Assembly (NCBI GenBank): GCA_022824725.1
Contig: JAJDZH010000178.1
Location: forward strand, 1 to 40,911
From: Thermoanaerobaculia bacterium
Lineage (GTDB): Bacteria > Acidobacteriota > Thermoanaerobaculia > Multivoradales > Multivoraceae
Length of the DNA stretch: 40,911 nt
Reading direction: 5' to 3'
The notes beneath the pieces are model-generated. The model made no database searches, was not told the DNA's origin, and saw only the letters and a list, made by a program, of their open reading frames with translations. The position numbers and the translations under genes are program-made. Positions 34,769 to 40,911 of this stretch are shown piece after piece; the first letter of the stretch is position 1; the number at the start of each line of letters is the position of its first letter.

Positions 34769-35591
34769 CCGCGCCGTCCATGACCGCCTCGGGCACCGGG
34801 TCGCGGCGCCACACGAAAGCGTGGCTGAGCGAACCGAGATCCACGCGCGGGGCGACCTTGATCTCGTGGAAGTGATCGTCGCCGGACTCGACGGAGGTGA
34901 CCGTGCCGATCGGGATTCCTCGCGGGAAGACGCCGTCGATGCCGGCCGTGACCACGCGGTCTCCCGGCTGGACATCGACCTGCACCGGCACGTACGCGAG
35001 CGAGAGTACGCCTGCCGCCTCGGTGCCCCGGACGATGCCCTGACGGCGCGTTCGCTCGATCATCGCGCCCACCGAAGAGTCTCGATCCGTAACGAGCAGC
35101 ACGCGCGCATAGTCGCCCCCGGCCGAAACGACGCGGCCCAGCAAGCCGTCGACCGTGGTCACGGGCCGCCGCGCCCACTCGGCTCTCGCGTTGCCGCGAG
35201 GCAACCGCAGAATGGCCGTGCGCCGCCACGAGTGGTAGTCGACGTAGACGACGTCCGCCAGCAGGAGCTCCGCGTCCGGCGGCCGCGCGTATCCGAACGG
35301 CGCCGAAAGCAGGTCGACCTCGAGTTCCGCGCCAAGAGCCGTGGCATGGGCCGCCTCGAGCTGCCGCAGCCGGCTTCGAAGTTCCTCGTTCTCGCGTTCC
35401 AGCCGAGCCCTCGTCCGCCACCCGTCCCGCACGCCGCCCGCGACATCGGCGGCCGCGGCGACCAGTCGCTTCGCCGGAGCCTCCACCCACAGCGCCACGT
35501 CGGCCGAGCGCTCCGGCGACTGAGCGGTCAACGACGCGAGCAGAAAGGTCACCGTGACGGCGAACAGGATGGCGACCCGGCGCTCGCTCAT
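34752..35591 (-). CDS. mreC: Rod shape-determining protein MreC
   Basis: N-terminal TM, coiled coil (LERENEELR), GLLGRV and GDRVVTAGIDGVFPRGIPIG. Confidence 0.93.
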   Translation of the reverse strand: MSERRVAILFAVTVTFLLASLTAQSPERSADVALWVEAPAKRLVAAAADVAGGVRDGWRTRARLERENEELRSRLRQLEAAHATALGAELEVDLLSAPFGYARPPDAELLLADVVYVDYHSWRRTAILRLPRGNARAEWARRPVTTVDGLLGRVVSAGGDYARVLLVTDRDSSVGAMIERTRRQGIVRGTEAAGVLSLAYVPVQVDVQPGDRVVTAGIDGVFPRGIPIGTVTSVESGDDHFHEIKVAPRVDLGSLSHAFVWRRDPVPEAVMDGADAVGR

Positions 35592-35606
35592 CTCGGTGAA
35601 CGCTCC

Positions 35607-36623
<1,017 letters not shown>

Positions 36624-36742
36624 TCGGGATGAACCTCGCGCCGCGATCATAACCGCCGGACGACCGCCCGATCCTGTTACGATGGCAGTACTTCTGAACC
36701 CGGAGGGCCTTCCGCGTTCTACCGGGCGCCCGGGTCCGAATC

Positions 36743-38695
36743 ATGCTGAACGTCATTCGCAAGAACATCAAGAGCTTCTATCCGCTCGCCATCGGCCTGG
36801 CCCTCGTCTTCGTGCTGCTTGTCTTCACCGACTTTCAGACGCTCGACGGCACGCAGATCAATCCGGACGCGGCCACCGTGGGCCGCGACAGAATCACCTT
36901 CGCCGAGTTCGAGCGCAGCTACCGGAACGCGGAGAGCCGCTACCGGGAAATCTACGGCGACGCCTTCAACGCGGATCTCGCCGACCAGCTCCAGTTGCCG
37001 GTTCAGGCGCTGGAAGCCCTGATCAACGACCGCCTTCTCATCATGGAAGCGGAACGGATGGGCCTGACCGTCAGCGACGAGGAGCTGCAGGAGGAGATCC
37101 TCGCCGTGCCTGGCCTGACCGACGGGGCCGGCAACTTCATCGGCGCGCGGCAGTACCAGGATCTCCTGCGCGCGAACCGACTCTCGGTGGACGACTTCGA
37201 GGCCGACCTGCGCACGTCCCTGCTCGTGCGCAAGCTGCAGGCGGCGCTGGCCGAGGTCGCCCACGTCTCCGACGCGGAGGTCGAGCTGCGCGCCCGCGAA
37301 GCGGCCGAGCGCGCCGCGATCCGCTACTTCCAGGTGCCGGCCAGCCGCTTCGCCGCCGAGGCCGAGCCTTCGAGCGAAGAGGCCGCGGCCTACTACGAAG
37401 CGCATCGCGAGGAGTTCAGGCTGCCCGAGCGCCGGCGGGTGGGCTACCTCCTGGTCAGCACGAACACGGTCCGCGCCGAACTCGAGGTGACCGACGACGA
37501 GGTCCGGACGTACTACGAAGACAACCCGGCCCAGTTCGAGATCCCGGAGCAGGTTCGGGCCAGCCACATCCTCCTGCTCGAGAACAGCGAACGGGACGCG
37601 GAGCAGGCGCGCAGCCTGCTGAACCGGCTGCGCGGCCGCATCGAAGCCGGAGAGGACTTCGTGGCGCTGGCCCGGGAGTACTCGGACGACGAGGCCACGA
37701 AGGAAGCAGGCGGCGACCTCGGCTACTTCGGCCGCGGTGCGATGACCCAGGCCTTCGAGGACGCCGCGTTCGGCGCCGCCGGCGGCGACCTGGTGGGACC
37801 GGTCGAGAACCAGCTCGGTCCGCGCACCGGCCATCACCTGATCCAGGTCCACGAGCGCCGCGAAGGCGGGCGCCAGACCCTCGAGGAAGTCAGCAACCTG
37901 ATCCGGGTCCAGCTCCTGGCCACCCGGGCCGAAGACGAGGCGAAGAGCCGGATCGATTCCCTGCACGAGCGCCTGGCGGACGAGACCTTCGCCGGCGAGG
38001 ACGAAGCCCGGGAACTGGCCGCCGCCGAAGCGCTCGTCTACGCCAGCACGGAGCCGTTCGGCGAAGACGATGCCGTGGCCGGCATCGGCCGCAACTTCAA
38101 CTTCAGCTCCGCGGCGTTCGGTCTCGAGGCCGGCGCCTGGTCCGAGCCGGTCCGCATCGCGGCGGGCTGGGCTCTCCTCTCCGTGCTCGAGGTGCTGCCG
38201 CCCAGGGACTCGGAGTTCGTGGAAGTCGAGGTCGACGTTCGCGAGGTCGTCCGCCGGCAGAAGGAGACCGAGCTCCTGGCGGCGGCGCTCACCGAGACGC
38301 GGGGCCGCGTCGAGGACGGGCTGAGCATGGACGACGCGGCCGGGGAGTTCGATGCCGTGATCGAGGAGAGCGGCAGCTTCGGCCTGCGCCAGCCGATCGG
38401 CACCCTCGGCGCAATGCCCGAGCTGGCCAGCGCCGTGTTCGCACTCTCCGCGGGCCAGTTCGGCGGCCCGGTGGACACTCCGTTCGGCGCCGTTCTGTTC
38501 GAGGTGACCGAACGCGAATCCTTCGATCCCGTGCTGTTCGACCCCGAAGCGACACGGAACGAGCTCCTGTCCGAGCGGAACCTGACCATGCTCCAGTCCC
38601 TGCTGCAGCGGCTCCGCGAGGAGGTCGGCGTCCACTACACCCAGGACTTCATCGAGAACTTCGGCCTGGGCGAGGCCGAGGCCGCCGGCGCCTGA
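36743..38695 (+). CDS. ppiD: PpiD-like periplasmic chaperone / parvulin PPIase with SurA N-terminal domain
   Basis: N-terminal TM anchor; rotamase motif VRASHILL...FVALAREYSDD..TKEAGGDLGYF..G.M...FE.AAF. Confidence 0.85.
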   Translation: MLNVIRKNIKSFYPLAIGLALVFVLLVFTDFQTLDGTQINPDAATVGRDRITFAEFERSYRNAESRYREIYGDAFNADLADQLQLPVQALEALINDRLLIMEAERMGLTVSDEELQEEILAVPGLTDGAGNFIGARQYQDLLRANRLSVDDFEADLRTSLLVRKLQAALAEVAHVSDAEVELRAREAAERAAIRYFQVPASRFAAEAEPSSEEAAAYYEAHREEFRLPERRRVGYLLVSTNTVRAELEVTDDEVRTYYEDNPAQFEIPEQVRASHILLLENSERDAEQARSLLNRLRGRIEAGEDFVALAREYSDDEATKEAGGDLGYFGRGAMTQAFEDAAFGAAGGDLVGPVENQLGPRTGHHLIQVHERREGGRQTLEEVSNLIRVQLLATRAEDEAKSRIDSLHERLADETFAGEDEARELAAAEALVYASTEPFGEDDAVAGIGRNFNFSSAAFGLEAGAWSEPVRIAAGWALLSVLEVLPPRDSEFVEVEVDVREVVRRQKETELLAAALTETRGRVEDGLSMDDAAGEFDAVIEESGSFGLRQPIGTLGAMPELASAVFALSAGQFGGPVDTPFGAVLFEVTERESFDPVLFDPEATRNELLSERNLTMLQSLLQRLREEVGVHYTQDFIENFGLGEAEAAGA

Positions 38696-38720
38696 CCGCG
38701 GCGCGGCGCTCCCTGGCGGC

Positions 38721-39338
38721 TTGATCGGCTATCTGCGCGGGCGCCGCCTGGCCCTGGACCCGGAGCGCCTGGTCCTCGACACGAACGGCGTGGGGTTCGA
38801 CCTGCGGATTCCCCTGTCGACCCACGCCGAGCTGGACAAGCTCGACCCGGACGCCGAGGTCGGCCTGTTCGTCCACACCCATGTCCGGGCCGACGCCATC
38901 GAGCTGTTCGGTTTCTGGACGGAGGCGGAACGAACCCTCTTCGAACACCTGATCGGCATAAGCGGCATCGGCCCCCGGCTCGCCCAGGTGGTGCTGTCCG
39001 GAGGTTCCACCGGCGATCTGCTGAACACGATCGGTGGCGGCAACGTCGCGGCTCTCGTCCGAATCCCGGGCATCGGCAGGAAGACCGCGGAACGCATGGT
39101 CCTGGAACTCAGGGAGAAGGCCAAGACGCTGCTCGCCGAAGCCGGCGCCGAGCCGCCAGCGGCCGAGCCCCAAACCGGCCGCGAGGACGAGCAGGACCAG
39201 GCCGTCAGCGCGCTGGTCAACCTCGGCTACCGCGCGGCCGAGGCGCAGCGGGCCGTCTCCGCGACGCTGGCCGAAGCACCCGAGGCGGAGTTTCAGGACC
39301 TTCTGCGCCTGAGCCTGCGCCGGCTGTCACGGCTGTAG
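38721..39338 (+). CDS. ruvA: Holliday junction branch migration protein RuvA
   Basis: MIGYLRG, GVGF, LFGF, HhH motifs GIGPRLA and PGIGRKTAER, and ALVNLGY. Confidence 0.96.
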   Translation: MIGYLRGRRLALDPERLVLDTNGVGFDLRIPLSTHAELDKLDPDAEVGLFVHTHVRADAIELFGFWTEAERTLFEHLIGISGIGPRLAQVVLSGGSTGDLLNTIGGGNVAALVRIPGIGRKTAERMVLELREKAKTLLAEAGAEPPAAEPQTGREDEQDQAVSALVNLGYRAAEAQRAVSATLAEAPEAEFQDLLRLSLRRLSRL

Positions 39339-39362
39339 GGGCAGCGGGGTAGCATCGCCGCC

Positions 39363-40430
39363 ATGGCAGGTTCGGGAGTCGACGAGGTCGAGCGAAACGT
39401 CCTCTCGGCCGCTCAGGACGCGGACGACCGGCGCGTCGAGCCGTCGCTGCGGCCCCAGCGCCTGGCCGACTACCTGGGCCAGGAGAAGATCGTCAAGCTG
39501 CTCGACGTCTACATGCGGGCGGCCCGCCAACGCGGAGAAGCGCTCGACCACGTCCTTCTCTTCGGCCCGCCGGGCCTGGGAAAGACCACTCTTGCCCACA
39601 TCATCGCCCGCGAGATGGGCTCCGCCCTGCGCGCCACGTCGGGCCCGGTGCTTGAGCGAGCCGGCGACCTGGCGGCGATCCTGACCAACCTGGAACCGGG
39701 CGATGTTCTGTTCATCGACGAGATCCACCGACTCGGGCCGACGGTGGAGGAGATCCTCTATCCGGCGCTCGAGGACTTCCAGCTCGACCTGGTCATCGGT
39801 CAGGGGCCGATGGCCAAATCGATGCGGATCGATCTACCCCGGTTCACCCTGGTCGGGGCCACCACCCGCGCCGGCATGATCACGGCGCCGCTGCAGGCCC
39901 GCTTCGGCATCGTCCACCGGCTCGACCTCTACGACTCGGACGTGCTGACCAGGATTCTCCAGCGTTCCGCCGACGTGCTCGAGGCGCCGATCGACGAGGG
40001 CGGCGCCAACGAGATCGCCCGGCGCAGCCGCGGCACCCCCCGGATCGCCAACAGGCTGTTGCGCCGGGTACGAGACTACGCACAGATCGAGGCCGACGGC
40101 CGGGTCGACCGAACGACCGCAACCGAGGCCCTGGAGCAGCTCGAAGTCGACGATCACGGCCTGGACGAGATCGACCGCAAGATCATGAGGATCCTGATCG
40201 AGCAGTACGGGGGCGGGCCTGCTGGCCTCAAGGCGCTGGCCGCATCCGTCGGTGAGGATCAGGGAACGATCGAGGACAACTACGAGCCGTACCTGGTCCA
40301 GCAGGGCTTCCTGCAGCGCACCTCCCGCGGCAGGGAGGCAACGAACAAGGCGTACGGACACCTCGGCCTGGGCTGCTCCGATGACCCGAGCAAGAACAAG
40401 CGGCCGAGCAAGAACAAGCGGCTCTTCTGA
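39363..40430 (+). CDS. ruvB: Holliday junction branch migration helicase RuvB
   Basis: [51 protein letters not shown] and EPYLVQQG. Confidence 0.97.
   Translation: MAGSGVDEVERNVLSAAQDADDRRVEPSLRPQRLADYLGQEKIVKLLDVYMRAARQRGEALDHVLLFGPPGLGKTTLAHIIAREMGSALRATSGPVLERAGDLAAILTNLEPGDVLFIDEIHRLGPTVEEILYPALEDFQLDLVIGQGPMAKSMRIDLPRFTLVGATTRAGMITAPLQARFGIVHRLDLYDSDVLTRILQRSADVLEAPIDEGGANEIARRSRGTPRIANRLLRRVRDYAQIEADGRVDRTTATEALEQLEVDDHGLDEIDRKIMRILIEQYGGGPAGLKALAASVGEDQGTIEDNYEPYLVQQGFLQRTSRGREATNKAYGHLGLGCSDDPSKNKRPSKNKRLF
40386..40421 (+). repeat. Exact 18-bp tandem duplication in the ruvB 3' end
   Basis: CCGAGCAAGAACAAGCGG occurs twice in a row and encodes [12 protein letters not shown]. Confidence 0.95.
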
Positions 40431-40546
40431 AAGCAGGCGCCGGAACGGGCGGGCAACCGCACGCCACGCCATTCCAGTTCCGCCCGGTTGCTGTAGTTCA
40501 GCACCCGGCAGTGCTTTGAGCGCCTGACCTCCGCGAGCTCACGCGC

Positions 40547-40639
40547 CTACGTGTAGCCGAATGCCTCGCGCGCAGCGTGGAAGAGGTTCTGCCCGTCCAC
40601 GAAGACGACCGCGCGCTTGACTTGAGGCTCGCTGTTCAC
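40547..40639 (-). pseudogene. Truncated NYN-domain (LabA/DUF88, PIN-like) ribonuclease
   Basis: Not in the ORF track. GTG 40639 gives MNSEPQVKRAVVFVDGQNLFHAAREAFGYT then TAG. The F-V-D-G-x-N-L motif is the first catalytic strand of NYN/LabA proteins. Only about 115 nt remain before the convergent ruvB stop. Confidence 0.75.
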
Positions 40640-40650
40640 CGCCCGTCTGG

Positions 40651-40700
40651 AAAAAATAACCCCGCCCGAGGCCTTGCGGCGTGTCGAGCGGGGAGCAAGT
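40651..40700 (-). ncRNA. Candidate ~50-nt terminated hairpin RNA (leader or antitoxin) upstream of the NYN gene
   Basis: ACUUGCU-CCCCGCUCGA-CAC-GCC-GCAA-GGC-C-UCGGGCGGGG-UUAUUUUUU, preceded by the extended -10 TG-G-TAGCGT (40707-40715). Confidence 0.55.
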
Positions 40701-40855
40701 GAAGGCACGCTACCAAACCGGGCCCAGTCCTTCGAGCATCGGCTGGCGTGCCAAGCGGGGCTTCGCCCGCCGCATGGCGCCAGCCGGCGCGCGCGTATAC
40801 GCTATGTCGCCTTTCGCGCCCTCCGACGACGACGTGACTTCCCGCCCATCCGATC

Positions 40856-40911
40856 ATGAAGGTACTCAAGTTCGGCGGCTCTTCCGTGGCCGATGCAAGC
40901 CGCCTGCGGGC
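40856..40911 (+). CDS. Aspartate kinase (possibly bifunctional AK-HSDH), N-terminal fragment at the window edge
   Basis: ATG 40856 gives MKVLKFGGSSVADASRLR, which carries the aspartokinase KFGG(S/T)SV signature. Confidence 0.88.
   Translation, partial: MKVLKFGGSSVADASRLR

Noticed and set aside
40386-40421. Tandem repeat considered as a CRISPR or type III antitoxin repeat array
   Set aside because: Only two directly abutting copies with no spacers, in frame inside ruvB, and no cas genes nearby.
40280-40549. TAG read-through (pyrrolysine or recoding) restoring a longer NYN protein
   Set aside because: The downstream frame lacks recognisable NYN acidic motifs and runs antisense into ruvB. Other genes here (for example rpoD, rpsU and ruvA) end in TAG normally.
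40774-40855. ACG-ACG-ACG-TGA (Thr x3) or GAC x3 (Asp x3) upstream of the aspartate kinase gene as an attenuator leader peptide
   Set aside because: The Thr frame has no nearby start codon, the Asp frame does not stop before the gene, and no terminator lies between it and the ATG.

Overview
High-GC bacterial chromosomal segment made almost entirely of housekeeping genes. The gene content points to a diderm (BamE-like lipoprotein, PpiD/SurA chaperone, Wzm/Wzt, LPS-kinase family). Gene order and sequence style suggest Acidobacteriota, but that is inference only. Left to right: a partial transketolase; a secreted CX5R (DUF442-like) protein; a complete SUF Fe-S operon (Rrf2 regulator-sufBCDS-sufU-sufT); an AI-2E transporter; acs; pckA; tRNA-Asn; rpsU-mutS2-dnaG-rpoD; a BamE-like lipoprotein; tRNA-Ile2(CAT); a Zn-ribbon protein; yggS; a long-chain acyl-CoA ligase; a long minus-strand run of mreBCD-mrdA-rodA-rng that continues into a kinase/glycoside-hydrolase-like fusion, wzm, wzt and DUF3467; ppiD-ruvA-ruvB; a truncated NYN-ribonuclease gene behind a promoter and a terminated hairpin RNA; and the first codons of an aspartate kinase. 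I saw no CRISPR array, transposase or integrase. The best leads are: (1) the small-RNA plus NYN nuclease cassette, which has a toxin/RNA-antitoxin-like layout; (2) the kinase-GH fusion with its glycan ABC exporter attached to the elongasome operon; (3) a 142-bp element with 18-bp terminal inverted repeats and four internal hairpins; (4) repeated signs of leaderless transcription. All calls come from reading the sequence by eye; no searches were run.
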